A DNA stretch of 64,000 nt from an uncultured Gemmatimonadales bacterium (GTDB lineage: Bacteria; Gemmatimonadota; Gemmatimonadetes; Gemmatimonadales; GWC2-71-9): assembly GCA_963828735.1 (NCBI GenBank), contig CAWHFW010000002.1:160001-224000 (forward strand), written 5' to 3'. Of the stretch, positions 53,430 through 63,347 are shown one piece after another (position 1 is the first letter of the stretch; each line of letters begins with the position of its first letter). A program made the position numbers and the translations under genes. The notes below the pieces were generated by a model. It made no database searches. It was not told the DNA's origin and saw only the letters and a list, made by a program, of their open reading frames with translations.

Positions 53430-54572
53430 CTATGGTCTCGGCTTGCCTCTCAGCCGCCCGATGTTGATCAGGATGCCGGTGCCCAGGAGAGAGATCACCT
53501 GGCTCGAGCGTCCGTACGACATGAAGGGCAGCGTGAGGCCCGTCGTTGGCATCAATCCGAGCGACACCGCCATGTGCATGAACGCGGTGAGGCCGATCGT
53601 CGCCGTGAGGCCGACCGCGAGATACTGGCCGAAGGGTTCCTGGGCCGTGCGCGCGATCCGGAACCCGAGCCAGCAGAACAGCGCGAACAGGAACACCACG
53701 ACGAACACGCCGGCGAATCCCCATTCCTCGCCGATCGTGCTGAACAGGAAATCGGAGTACGCGTACGGGAGATAGCCGAGCTTCTGCTGTCCCTGGCCGA
53801 AGCCGGTGCCGAACAGGCCGCCCGACCCGATGCCGACGAGCGACTGATAGATCTGGAAGCCGCCCGCGGTCGTCCCCTCGCCAGGATTGAGGAACGTGAG
53901 CACGCGGGCCAGGCGATACTGCGCGTCTCTGATCTGGTGGAAGACGAGGATCATGGCCACCCCGCTGAGCAGGATGAAGTGGCCGATCCGGGCGCCGGAG
54001 GTAAACAGGACGAGCCCGCCGAGGAGCGCCACCAGGGTGGCCATGGATAGGTTGGGCTCCAGCAGGATGAGCAGCGACACGACGCCCAGGACCAGGATGA
54101 ACGGCAGCACGCCCTTCTTGAACTCGCGTACCTGCGCGCCCTTCTTGGACGCGAGCATGGCGCACCAGATCACCACCACGAGGCGAGCGAGCTCGGAGGG
54201 CTGAAAGTTGAGCGGGCCGATGTCCACCCAGCGGCGGGCCCCGTTGAGCGACGGGGCGAGGGCGCGGGTGAACGGCAGCAGCGGGATGAGCAGCAATCCG
54301 ATCGTGATGAGCAGCAGTGGCCAGGCCCAGAGCCGCCACCGGTAGTAATCCTGGCGGGAGGCCCAGAGCAGCAGGATGCCGCCGAGGACCGCGCCGCTCA
54401 GCTGCCGGAGGGCGAAGCCGAGCCCGGCGCTCTCGCCCTTGAGGGTGACGAGACTCGCCGCGCCGTAGGTGGCGGCGACGCCGAAGGCGAGCAGGACCAG
54501 GGTGACCACGCTCAGCAGCCGCGTCTCCCATCGCAGCTCGCCCGGATGCCGGACCGCGCGCGGGCTGGTCAC
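53430..54572 (-). CDS. ftsW: SEDS peptidoglycan glycosyltransferase FtsW
   Basis: NGARRW, FQPSE, LPYAYSDF, GEEWG, LPFMSYG. Confidence 0.93.
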   Translation of the reverse strand: MTSPRAVRHPGELRWETRLLSVVTLVLLAFGVAATYGAASLVTLKGESAGLGFALRQLSGAVLGGILLLWASRQDYYRWRLWAWPLLLITIGLLLIPLLPFTRALAPSLNGARRWVDIGPLNFQPSELARLVVVIWCAMLASKKGAQVREFKKGVLPFILVLGVVSLLILLEPNLSMATLVALLGGLVLFTSGARIGHFILLSGVAMILVFHQIRDAQYRLARVLTFLNPGEGTTAGGFQIYQSLVGIGSGGLFGTGFGQGQQKLGYLPYAYSDFLFSTIGEEWGFAGVFVVVFLFALFCWLGFRIARTAQEPFGQYLAVGLTATIGLTAFMHMAVSLGLMPTTGLTLPFMSYGRSSQVISLLGTGILINIGRLRGKPRP

Positions 54573-55930
54573 ATCGCCCCGACGGCGGCGCGGAAGGCCG
54601 CGCCACGCTCCTCGTAGTTCTTGAACATGTCGTAGCTCGAGCAGGCGGGCGACAGCAGCACGGCGTCTCCCGCGACCGCGAGACGCCGCGCCGTCGTGAC
54701 GACGCTCGCGAAATCGCCCGCGGGAACCACGCGCACCCGCTCACCGAGATCGCGAACCACCAGCGGGCCGGCCTCACCGTACGCTACCACCGCGCGGCAG
54801 CGGTGCTGGAGCGGCTCGGCCAGTCGGGTGTAGGGCTCGCCCTTGTGCCGGCCGCCCAGCAGGAGCACGAACGGCCGATCCACCGCCGCGATCGCGACCT
54901 CGGTGGACGTAATGTTGGTGGATTTGGAGTCGTTGATCCACAGGACGCCGTCCACCTCCCGGATCGGCTCGACCCGGTGCGGGATGGCACGGAAGCTCCG
55001 AAGTCCCGCGGCTATGCGCGCGGCGTCGCCGCCGGCGCTCGTGGCCACGAGGGCGGCCGCCAGCGCGTTGGCGACGTTGTGGTCGCCCAGCAGCGGCAGC
55101 TCCGCTCGCGGCATGAGCGCCAGGTCCCCCAGCATGAGGCGACCGCCCGTGCGGTCGTACCAGCCGTCGGCTCGACGGTCGAGCGAAAAGCGCAGGTGTC
55201 TTCCCTGCACCGGGCTCACCATCGCCTGAACCGCGGCATCGTCCGCGTTGCTGACCCAGACCGACCTCGCCTCGGCGTTCCGGAACAGCCGGGCCTTGTC
55301 GCCGTAGTACTCCTCGAGCGAGTGGTACCGGTCGAGGTGATTGGGCGCGAGGTTCGTGAGCACGCCGATCGCGGGCCGGAGGTTCGGGGAGTCGTGAAGC
55401 TGAAACGAGCTCAGCTCGAGTGCCAACCAGGTGGGCTGGTGGTCGGAGAGGGCCACGTCGCAGACCGGCCGCCCGATGTTCCCCGCGGTTTCCGTCTCGA
55501 GACCCGCCGCGCCCATCGCCTGCGCGATCAATGACGTCGTCGTCGTCTTTCCGTTGGTGCCGGTGATGCCGACGTACCGGGCGCCGCGGAGCGCCAGGAG
55601 GCCGATGTCCACCTCGGCGTGGATGGCGAGCCCCACCGCGCGGGCCGTGACGAGGGGCGGGACATCCGGCGGAACGCCAGGAGCCACTACCACGGCGGCC
55701 GCTCGCGCGATCCGGTCGAGATCGTGGCCGCCCACCTGGACGGCGGCCCCGAGATCACCGAGCTCCGCGGCCCAGGCGTCGTAGGTCGGGCCGGCGCCGG
55801 TGTCCGAGGCGTACACCGGCAGACCTTGGTGGCGCAGCAGACGAGTCGCGGCCACGCCACTCTTCCCGAGACCGACCACCGCGACTTCGCGTCCGGTCCC
55901 GCGCCAGGTTTCGAATAGCGCGATCGCCAC
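54569..55930 (-). CDS. murD: UDP-MurNAc-L-Ala--D-Glu ligase (start GTG 55930 or TTG 55936)
   Basis: GLGKSG, GTNGKTT, ELSSFQL, NDSKSTN, LSPACSSYD. Confidence 0.93.
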   Translation of the reverse strand: MAIALFETWRGTGREVAVVGLGKSGVAATRLLRHQGLPVYASDTGAGPTYDAWAAELGDLGAAVQVGGHDLDRIARAAAVVVAPGVPPDVPPLVTARAVGLAIHAEVDIGLLALRGARYVGITGTNGKTTTTSLIAQAMGAAGLETETAGNIGRPVCDVALSDHQPTWLALELSSFQLHDSPNLRPAIGVLTNLAPNHLDRYHSLEEYYGDKARLFRNAEARSVWVSNADDAAVQAMVSPVQGRHLRFSLDRRADGWYDRTGGRLMLGDLALMPRAELPLLGDHNVANALAAALVATSAGGDAARIAAGLRSFRAIPHRVEPIREVDGVLWINDSKSTNITSTEVAIAAVDRPFVLLLGGRHKGEPYTRLAEPLQHRCRAVVAYGEAGPLVVRDLGERVRVVPAGDFASVVTTARRLAVAGDAVLLSPACSSYDMFKNYEERGAAFRAAVGAM

Positions 55931-55932
55931 GG

Positions 55933-57060
55933 TCAACGCACCTTCAGCGTCGAGAGCGCCACCAGGGCACAGAACAGTCCCAGGATGTAGAACCGGGTCA
56001 CGACGGTGGTCTCCGCCCATCCGAGCTTTTCGAAGTGGTGGTGCAGCGGCGCCATGCGGAAGACGCGATGGCTGTCGGCGTACTCCCTCCCCCGGGTCCG
56101 CTTGAACCACTTGTACACGCTGGTCTGGATGATCACGCTCACCGCCTCGGCCGCGAAGACGCCCCCGATGAGCAACAGCAGGAACTCTGCCTTGAGGAGA
56201 ATGGCCACCGTGCCGAGCGCGCCGCCGATGGCCAGGCTGCCGGTGTCCCCCATGAAGACCTGCGCGGGATGGGCGTTGAACCAGAGAAAGCCGATGGCCG
56301 CGCCCATCAGGGCGGCGCAGAAGACGGCGAGCTCGCCCGCGCCGGGCAAGTAAAAGAGGTTGAGGTACGAGGTGATGTCCACGCGGCCGAAGAGGTACGC
56401 GAAGGTCGCGAAGGCCGCCGCGGAAATCCCGGCGAGCCCGCTCGCGAGCCCGTCCAGGCCGTCCGTCAGGTTTACCGCGTTGCTCGACCCGGTGATGACG
56501 AGGGTCACGAAGACCACGTAGAGCAGCGGCGCGAAGTTCACCACGAGGTACTTGAAGAAGGGCAGCGTCGTGGCAGTGGCAGGGATCGTGTCGCGCGGAA
56601 CCAGCGGGAAATACACCAGGAACAGGCCGAGCAGCAGCCCGAAGCTCACCTGGCCGACCAGCTTCCACTTGGCGACGAGTCCGCGCGACTTCCCCTGCAC
56701 GATCTTGAGGTAGTCGTCGAGGAACCCGATGCACCCCATCCACAGAATGGAAAGCATCGCCACGACGACGAACCGGTTCGTGAGCGGCGCCCAGAGGAGC
56801 GTCGGCACGACCGTGGCCAGGATGATGATGAGGCCGCCCATCGTCGGCGTGCCCCGTTTGCTCTGGTGGCTCGCGGGCCCTTCGGCTCGAATGATCTGGC
56901 CCACCTTGCGCGCGCGCAGCCGCGCGATGACGGGCGGCCCCACGAGGAACGCCAGCAGAAGCGCCGTTACGGTAGCGCCCGCCGCTCGAAAACTGATGTA
57001 GTTGAAAAGGTTGAAGATGATGTACGTCTTGCCGAGCGGCGCGAGCCAGTGATAGAACAT
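55933..57060 (-). CDS. mraY: Phospho-MurNAc-pentapeptide transferase
   Basis: GTPTMGG, DD, NLTDGLDGL, FMGDTGS, APLHHHFE. Confidence 0.96.
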   Translation of the reverse strand: MFYHWLAPLGKTYIIFNLFNYISFRAAGATVTALLLAFLVGPPVIARLRARKVGQIIRAEGPASHQSKRGTPTMGGLIIILATVVPTLLWAPLTNRFVVVAMLSILWMGCIGFLDDYLKIVQGKSRGLVAKWKLVGQVSFGLLLGLFLVYFPLVPRDTIPATATTLPFFKYLVVNFAPLLYVVFVTLVITGSSNAVNLTDGLDGLASGLAGISAAAFATFAYLFGRVDITSYLNLFYLPGAGELAVFCAALMGAAIGFLWFNAHPAQVFMGDTGSLAIGGALGTVAILLKAEFLLLLIGGVFAAEAVSVIIQTSVYKWFKRTRGREYADSHRVFRMAPLHHHFEKLGWAETTVVTRFYILGLFCALVALSTLKVR

Positions 57061-57066
57061 CGAGCC

Positions 57067-58422
57067 TCAGCGTGGGGGGGTCGCGCGGACCGTGAGCGCC
57101 GGAAGTATACGTTCGAGGGCTACCCCGCGGGATGCCTTGAGCACGATGATCTCGGTGCCTGTGAGGCGACTCGCAATCAGAGGGCCGAGAGACACGGGGT
57201 CGCCGGACGTGAGAAGCCGGTCGCCGAGCCGCTCGGCATAGGGCGCGAGCGCCGGCACGAATTCCCCCACGGCTCCGAGCAGGTCGGGCTCGAGCTCGAC
57301 CAGCGCCTTCGCGATCGTCGCGTGGAGTGCCGGGGCATCCGGGCCGAGCTCGCGCATCGTCCCCGCGATGAAGACGAGCGGCCTGCCCTTCCGGAGCGCC
57401 TGTGCCGTCGCGATTGCCGCTCGGAAGCTTTGCGGATTGGCGTTGTAGCAGTCGTTGAGAATGGTGAGACCGCCCTGGTTCAGCAGCTCGCCCCGGCCCC
57501 CCGGCATCGCGAACCCCTCGAGCGCGCGGGCCGCCGACTCGCGCGGGAGATCGAGCGCCTCCACGACCGCCCAGACGCGGGTGGCATTGTCCGCCTGATG
57601 GAGCCCGCGCGCGGCGAGCGTGAACCGTGCGTCGCCGAAGGTGAGGATCGGCCGGGCATCGGGGCCGAGGTCGACCCGGTCCGGGGTCAGGTCCGCGCTC
57701 TCGAGGGCCGCGGTCCGGACCGCGCGCGCGAGCCGCCGCGCGCCGGCCGCGAGCGCCGGCGGCTGCGTTCCGACGACGGCGAGGGGAACGTCTCTCGTGA
57801 GGGCGAGCTTTTCCTCGATCACGCCCGCGAGCGAGCCGAAGCCCTCGAGGTGCCCTTCCACCGCGTTGGTGACGACCGTGATCGTCGGCTCGATGATGGA
57901 GCGGTACCGCGCGATCTCGCCGGGCAGGTTGGCGCCGGCCTCGACCACCAGCGCCTCAGTGTCCATCGGCGCCTCCAGGATGGTCATCGGCACGCCAACC
58001 AGATTGTTCAGGTTGGCGCGGGTGGCGTGGACCCGGTGGCGCGTGCCCAGGACCGCGGCGAGCATTTCCTTCGTGCTGGTCTTGCCGTTGGTGCCCGTGA
58101 TCGCGACGACCGGTCCCGGGAGCTCGCGCCGCCTCGCGCGCGCGAGCTGCCCGAACGCCCGGAGGGTATCCGGGACCTCGAACGCGACCAGTCCCGCAGG
58201 GACGCGAGCGCCCTGGCGCACGACCGCTCCCGTGACGCCGGCCGCCGCCGCGGCATCGAGATAGTCGTGCGCGTCGAACCGCTCGCCCGCCAGCGCGACG
58301 AAGAGGGCGCCAGGAATGAGGGCGCGGGAATCGGTCTGTACCGCCGAGAATGGCGCGTTCCCATCCGGACCCGGCGGCAGCTCGAGCGCCGCGCGGACCC
58401 GGCCAGCGGTCCATTCGCTCAC
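57067..58422 (-). CDS. murF: UDP-MurNAc-tripeptide--D-Ala-D-Ala ligase
   Basis: TDSR, GTNGKTSTKE, NNLVGVP, DCYNANP, KASRG. Confidence 0.92.
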   Translation of the reverse strand: MSEWTAGRVRAALELPPGPDGNAPFSAVQTDSRALIPGALFVALAGERFDAHDYLDAAAAAGVTGAVVRQGARVPAGLVAFEVPDTLRAFGQLARARRRELPGPVVAITGTNGKTSTKEMLAAVLGTRHRVHATRANLNNLVGVPMTILEAPMDTEALVVEAGANLPGEIARYRSIIEPTITVVTNAVEGHLEGFGSLAGVIEEKLALTRDVPLAVVGTQPPALAAGARRLARAVRTAALESADLTPDRVDLGPDARPILTFGDARFTLAARGLHQADNATRVWAVVEALDLPRESAARALEGFAMPGGRGELLNQGGLTILNDCYNANPQSFRAAIATAQALRKGRPLVFIAGTMRELGPDAPALHATIAKALVELEPDLLGAVGEFVPALAPYAERLGDRLLTSGDPVSLGPLIASRLTGTEIIVLKASRGVALERILPALTVRATPPR

Positions 58423-59880
58423 GCCGCGTCCCCCGTGGCCGCGCGAACGATCTCGCGCTCGTCGAACGGCACCTTCTCGGTGCCGAGCACCTGATAGGTC
58501 TCGTGACCCTTGCCCGCGAGGAGAATCGTGTCGCCCGGACGTCCTTCCTCCAGCGCCGCGTGGATGGCGGCGAGTCGGTCCACGATCCTCAGGTGGGGAG
58601 CGGCGCCCATGCCCTGCTCGATGTCGTCGATGATCGCGCCGGGATCTTCGGTCCGCGGATTGTCGGACGTGGCGATGGCGAGGTCCGACCCCAGCGCGGC
58701 GATGCGGCCCATGATCGGGCGCTTGCCCTTGTCCCGATCACCGCCGCAGCCGAACACGACGATGACACGGCCTCGCACGAGCGGACGCAGCGTGGCGAGC
58801 GCGCGCTCGAGGGCGTCCGGCGTGTGCGCGTAGTCGCGGAGCACCGTGCACGGCACGTCGCTGATGCGCTCCATCCTCCCCGGGACCTGCGGCGCGGCCG
58901 CGAGACGCGCGACGACCTCGTCCAGGCGCAGCTCGAGCCCGAGGGCGCACGCCGCGGCCGCCAGGGCGTTGCTCACGTTGAAGTCGCCGAGCAGCGGAAG
59001 CGAGGCCTCGATGCTGCCGAACCGCCCCTCGAGCCGGAAGCGGCTGCCGGCGGGGTCCAGCGTCACGCCGGTGGCGCGGAGGTCGGCGGCCGGGTTGACC
59101 CCGAAGGTGACACGCGGCGTCCGCGGCGGCAGTACGCACCAGGCCGGATCGTCGAGATTCACGACCTCGACGCCGCGGAGCTGCAGTAACGTGCTCAGCT
59201 TGAGCTTCGAGGCCAGATAGGCTTCCATCGTGCCGTGGTAGTCGAGATGGTCGCGCGTGAGGTTGGTGTAGACGCCCGCCGCGAAGCTCAGACCGTCGAG
59301 CCGACCCTGATCGAGGCTGTGCGACGAGGCCTCCATCGTCACGGAGGCGCATCCCCGCGACGACCAGCTCGGCGAGCGTGGCCTGGAGGTCGATGGGCCC
59401 CGGCGTGGTGAGTGTGCCCGCCGTGGACTCCACCGTGGCGCCGTGGCCATCGAACGCGCCGAGCGTACCGATGCTGCCGGCGCCGCCGTCCGCGTTCAAG
59501 AGATGGCGGATCAGCCCGGTCGTGGTCGTCTTGCCGTTGGTCCCGGTGACGCCGATGAGCGTGAGCCGCCGGCCCGGATGGTCGTACCAGGCCTGACCGA
59601 GCACGAGCGCGGCGCGGCGGCCGTCGCGAACCACGATCTCCGGCACCGGCGACTGCTGCGGCGATTCCACCACCACCGCGCATGCCCCCCGGCGGACCGC
59701 GTCGCCGATGAAGCGGTGGCCGTCGGCCTGCGACCCGCGCACCGCGACGTACAATGTCCCGGCACCAGCCGCTCGGCTGTCCATGCCCAGGGCGGCGGGC
59801 GCCGGCCCCGTGGCGGGGGCGGTGACCAGCAGGTCCGCGCGGCGAAGCTCGTCGAGCAGATCGCTCCACGTCATGCGCAT
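58419..59880 (-). CDS. murE: UDP-MurNAc-dipeptide--diaminopimelate ligase; apparent +1 frameshift near 59360
   Basis: GTNGKTT, LTTP, then MEASSH, TRDHLDYH, DYAHTPD, DNPR (mDAP-type), AGKGHE. AGGAG RBS before ATG 59880. Confidence 0.92.
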
Positions 59881-59917
59881 CGAGTCCACTCCTGGATCGT
59901 TCGCTGAAGCACGGACC

Positions 59918-61873
59918 TCACTGGGCCAGCACCACCACGGCCGTCCCGGGCCGTGCGCTGTCGCCCGCCGCGGGCACCGTCCCGACCACCCGCCCGAGCC
60001 CCCGGAGGTTCACCCGAAAACCGCGGCGGTGAAGCGCGAGCGCGGCCTCGCGGATGGATCGGCCCGCCACGTCCGGCACCGGCCGGGGCGAGCTACCGGG
60101 CTGCGGCGTCCGATACGGGAGTGTCACGACCACCGGCGGCGGCCCCGGCTCTGCTTCCTCCAGCGCCCGCGCCGGGGTGCTGTCCTGCGCCGCGAGGCGC
60201 CCACGATCGATCGCGACCCTGCGGGACGCGAGCGCCTGCTGGAGCATGGTCCGGGTGACCGGCGCGGCCGTGAGACCGCCGTAGTAGTTGCCGCGAGGAT
60301 TGTCGATCTTGACGATCACCACGAGCTGCGGATGATCCGCCGGGAAGATCGCCGCGAAGGACGCCGTGTACTGGCCGCTCACGTAGTGGCCGTCCGTGAA
60401 CCGTTTCGCCGTGCCGGTCTTGCCGAGCACCGAATAGTTGGCCAGCTGCGCGAGCTCGCCGGTTCCCCCGCGGCCCACCGCTTCCCGCAGGAACTCGCGC
60501 AGCTGCGCGGCCACCGCCGAGGTGACGACCCGCCGGACCGGTTCGGGGCGGTGCCGGTAGATGACGTTGCCGCCGGGATCGCGAACCTCGCGCACGAGCG
60601 TCGGAGCGAGCAGGATGCCGTCGTTGGCGATGGCGGCATAGGCCGCCGCCAGCTGCACGGGCGTCACCCCGAGCTCGTATCCCATCGCCAGGCTCGCGCG
60701 CGTGTAGTTCGCCACCCACCGGTCGGGCAGGGCCAGGAGACCGCGCGACTCGGCCGGGAACTCGGCACCGCTCGGGGTCCCGAAGCCGAAGTCGCGGAGC
60801 GTCTCGAATTGCTCCTCGGGCCGGAGCCGCAGCGCGAACTTGGCCATGGCGATGTTGCTCGACACCTGAATCGCGCTCGCGAGCGTGAGCATCCCGGCGT
60901 GCGGATGCGCGTCATTGATCGCACGCGTCTTCCCCGTGGATGTCGTCGGCATCAGCCATCGACCGTTCTCGCCCGAGACGGCATCCGCGGGCTTCACCCG
61001 GTCGCGCATGAGCAAGGCCGCCGCCGTGAAGAGCTTGGCCGTAGATCCCGGCTCGAACGGGTCGGTGAAGGTCGAGGCGCTAGGCGCGCCGCCTGCCGCG
61101 GCCTGTCTGGACGCCAGCGCGAGGAGCTCGCCCGAATTGGGATCGAGAAAGACCACATCGCCGCCTTGGGCCCTCATCTGCGCGATCGCGTCGTCGAGGC
61201 CCCGCTCCGCGATCTCCTGCAGCTCCGCGTCGAGCGTCAGGGCCACGTCGTTCCCGGCCACCGGGTCACGGGTCTTCCGGTTGGGCGAGTCGTAACGGTG
61301 CCCCGCGCGGTCCTTGAGCAGGACGGCCTCGCCCGGGCGGCCGGTGAGCAGCGAGTCGAGCGCCGACTCGAGGCCGGCGACGCCGACGGGGCGGTCGGGC
61401 GAGAGCGAGCCGATGATCGGCCGCGCGAGGTCGCGCGAGGGGTAGAACCGCTGGAACTCTCCCGTGAGATGGATGCCATGCACCGCCCGGAGCGGCTGCA
61501 CCTGCGTCGCGTTGAATGGACCATGCAGGTAGATCCACCGCTTCCGCGCCTGAAACTCCCGATCGAGCGCCGGCGCCGAGACACCGAGGTTCCGCACCAT
61601 GAGGATGAAGGCCGAGCGGACGTCGTCGAGCTCGTTCGGCGCGACGCCGACGTGGTAGAACTCCTGCGTGATCGCGAGCGGGATGCCGTTCCGGTCATAG
61701 ATCGCGCCCCGGCGGGCGGGCAGCACGACCTTCTCGGTGCGCTGGCGGGCGGCCTCCCGCTCCCACCGTTCCGCCTCGACGATCTGCAGCTGCGCCGCGC
61801 GCGTCAGAACCGCGAGGATGCCGATCGCGAAGCCGAACTGGATCGCGCCGATGCGCGCCGAAGGCTTGGCCAT
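59918..61873 (-). CDS. ftsI: Class B PBP FtsI with C-terminal PASTA-like domain
   Basis: RGAIYDRNG, EPGSTAK (SxxK), SSN, GKTGT, VPDVAG. Confidence 0.93.
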   Translation of the reverse strand: MAKPSARIGAIQFGFAIGILAVLTRAAQLQIVEAERWEREAARQRTEKVVLPARRGAIYDRNGIPLAITQEFYHVGVAPNELDDVRSAFILMVRNLGVSAPALDREFQARKRWIYLHGPFNATQVQPLRAVHGIHLTGEFQRFYPSRDLARPIIGSLSPDRPVGVAGLESALDSLLTGRPGEAVLLKDRAGHRYDSPNRKTRDPVAGNDVALTLDAELQEIAERGLDDAIAQMRAQGGDVVFLDPNSGELLALASRQAAAGGAPSASTFTDPFEPGSTAKLFTAAALLMRDRVKPADAVSGENGRWLMPTTSTGKTRAINDAHPHAGMLTLASAIQVSSNIAMAKFALRLRPEEQFETLRDFGFGTPSGAEFPAESRGLLALPDRWVANYTRASLAMGYELGVTPVQLAAAYAAIANDGILLAPTLVREVRDPGGNVIYRHRPEPVRRVVTSAVAAQLREFLREAVGRGGTGELAQLANYSVLGKTGTAKRFTDGHYVSGQYTASFAAIFPADHPQLVVIVKIDNPRGNYYGGLTAAPVTRTMLQQALASRRVAIDRGRLAAQDSTPARALEEAEPGPPPVVVTLPYRTPQPGSSPRPVPDVAGRSIREAALALHRRGFRVNLRGLGRVVGTVPAAGDSARPGTAVVVLAQ

Positions 61874-62169
61874 CAGCGCGCCGGCGGACCCGCGGAGGGA
61901 ACGGCGAAGAGCACGAACTCCGAGTCCGCCGGCTCGTGAAGTCCGAGGGCGCGCTCTACGATCGGCACGAGGACCTGCCGGCTCGAGGCGAGCCGGATCC
62001 GTCGCTCGAGGTCTCCTCGGCGCGCCTCGAGCGCCATGCGCTCCTCGCGCAGCTCGCGCAACCGCCGTGCCGTGCGGAAGCCCTCCGTCTGTCGCGTGGT
62101 GATCGCCACCAGCACGCACAGAAAGAAGAACAGCCACAGCATGAGCCAGTGCCGTCCCTTAAGACGCAT
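61873..62169 (-). CDS. ftsL: Cell division protein FtsL
   Basis: Short cytoplasmic N-terminus, one TM helix, coiled coil; between rsmH and ftsI. Confidence 0.75.
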   Translation of the reverse strand: MRLKGRHWLMLWLFFFLCVLVAITTRQTEGFRTARRLRELREERMALEARRGDLERRIRLASSRQVLVPIVERALGLHEPADSEFVLFAVPSAGPPAR

Positions 62170-63079
62170 CAGCCGCCTGGAAGATCCTGAGGTGCGCGCT
62201 GCGCGCGCGCGGATTGGCCATCACCTCGTCCGCGTTCGGGACGATCGGTTTTCTCGGCAAGAGCCGCCCGAGGGCACGCCCGCGGCAGGTACACACCGGC
62301 TGGCCGGGCGGACAGATGCACGCGCTCGTCCACTCGCGGAACGTGTGCTTGACCGCGCGGTCCTCACCGGAATGATAGGTGATGACGGCAAGGCGACCGC
62401 CCGGCTCGAGCGCGTCGCGGAACGCCGGAAGCACGCTGTCGAGGCCGACGAGCTCGTCGTTGACCGCGATCCGCACGGCCTGGAACAGTCGCGCGAAGTC
62501 GGGCGGCCCGGCCCTGGGGCCGAGCACGGCGCGTATCGCGTTTACGAGATCGTCACTGATCGCAAACGGCTGCCGCCCGCGGCGGCGCACGATCTCCCGG
62601 GCGAGGCGCCGCGCCTGGCGCTCGTCGCCGTACTCGTGAAAGATCCGGGCGAGCTCGGCTTCCTCGGCCTCGTTGAGCAGCGCGGCAGCCGACGCGTCGT
62701 CCTCGCCCATACGCATGTCGAGCGGAGCACCCGGACGGAAAGTAAATCCGCGTGCAGCCTCATCCAATTGGCGCGACGACACGCCCAGGTCCAGCAGGAT
62801 GAAGTCCGGATGGAAGGCGGCAACCGCGTCCACGGCCTCGGCCGAGGCGTATGGGGCCTGAAGGTACCGGATGCCCGCCTCGCCCAGACGCCGGCGGCTC
62901 GTCGCGATCGCGGCCGGGTCGCGGTCGATGCCCAGGATCTCGGCGCCGGCCCGCCGCAACGCCTCGGCGTGACCTCCGTCGCCCAGTGTGGCATCCACCG
63001 CGCGGCGCGCGCCGGCGGCGGCCGCCAGCACCGGAGCGAGCAGGACGGGAACGTGAACTGGGACGCCGGGATCGGTCAT
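62159..63079 (-). CDS. rsmH: 16S rRNA m4C1402 methyltransferase
   Basis: HVPVL, DATLGDGGH, DLGVSSRQLD, PLDMRM, FQAVRIAVNDE, NPRARSAHLR. Confidence 0.95.
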   Translation of the reverse strand: MTDPGVPVHVPVLLAPVLAAAAGARRAVDATLGDGGHAEALRRAGAEILGIDRDPAAIATSRRRLGEAGIRYLQAPYASAEAVDAVAAFHPDFILLDLGVSSRQLDEAARGFTFRPGAPLDMRMGEDDASAAALLNEAEEAELARIFHEYGDERQARRLAREIVRRRGRQPFAISDDLVNAIRAVLGPRAGPPDFARLFQAVRIAVNDELVGLDSVLPAFRDALEPGGRLAVITYHSGEDRAVKHTFREWTSACICPPGQPVCTCRGRALGRLLPRKPIVPNADEVMANPRARSAHLRIFQAADAS

Positions 63080-63096
63080 GCGGGTGTTGGCATCGC

Positions 63097-63129
63097 AAAA
63101 GAAAACACCCCGTCCGCGAGGACGGGGTG
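63097..63129 (-). terminator. Intrinsic terminator downstream of tRNA-Asp
   Basis: CACCCCGTCC-TCGC-GGACGGGGTG perfect 10-bp stem followed by TTTTCTTTT. Confidence 0.88.
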
Positions 63130-63148
63130 GCACGTTCGACAGAGGGAA

Positions 63149-63223
63149 CGGGGCTGACGGGGCTCGAACCCGCGACCTCCGCAGTGACAGTGCGGCACTC
63201 TAACCAAGCTGAGCTACAGCCCC
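63149..63223 (-). tRNA. tRNA-Asp (GTC); CCA not encoded
   Basis: GGGGCTG acceptor/CAGCCCC-G, D arm TAGCTCAGCTTGGTTAGAG, anticodon loop CT-GTC-AC, T loop GGTTCGAG. Confidence 0.96.
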
Positions 63224-63238
63224 TGAACGCGAGGGCGG

Positions 63239-63267
63239 AATATAGAAGGTCGGGGGTAGGGCGTCTA
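63239..63267 (-). promoter_or_regulatory. Putative sigma70 promoter of tRNA-Asp
   Basis: TAGACG-17 nt-TATATT followed by a GC-rich discriminator CCGCCC. Confidence 0.6.
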
Positions 63268-63347
63268 GTGGAGACAGTCGCGCATCACAGGGCGCACGTC
63301 GTGCACGGACCTGCGCCGCGCACGCCATGCGCCCCACGAGCGTCGAC

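Noticed and set aside
63080..63223. Integration site or island at the tRNA-Asp 3' end
   Set aside because: No integrase, no duplicated tRNA 3' end and no compositional shift; core genes follow directly.
63275..63345. Weak GCGCAC-like short repeats between the TPR gene and the tRNA promoter
   Set aside because: Too degenerate to distinguish from chance in high-GC DNA.
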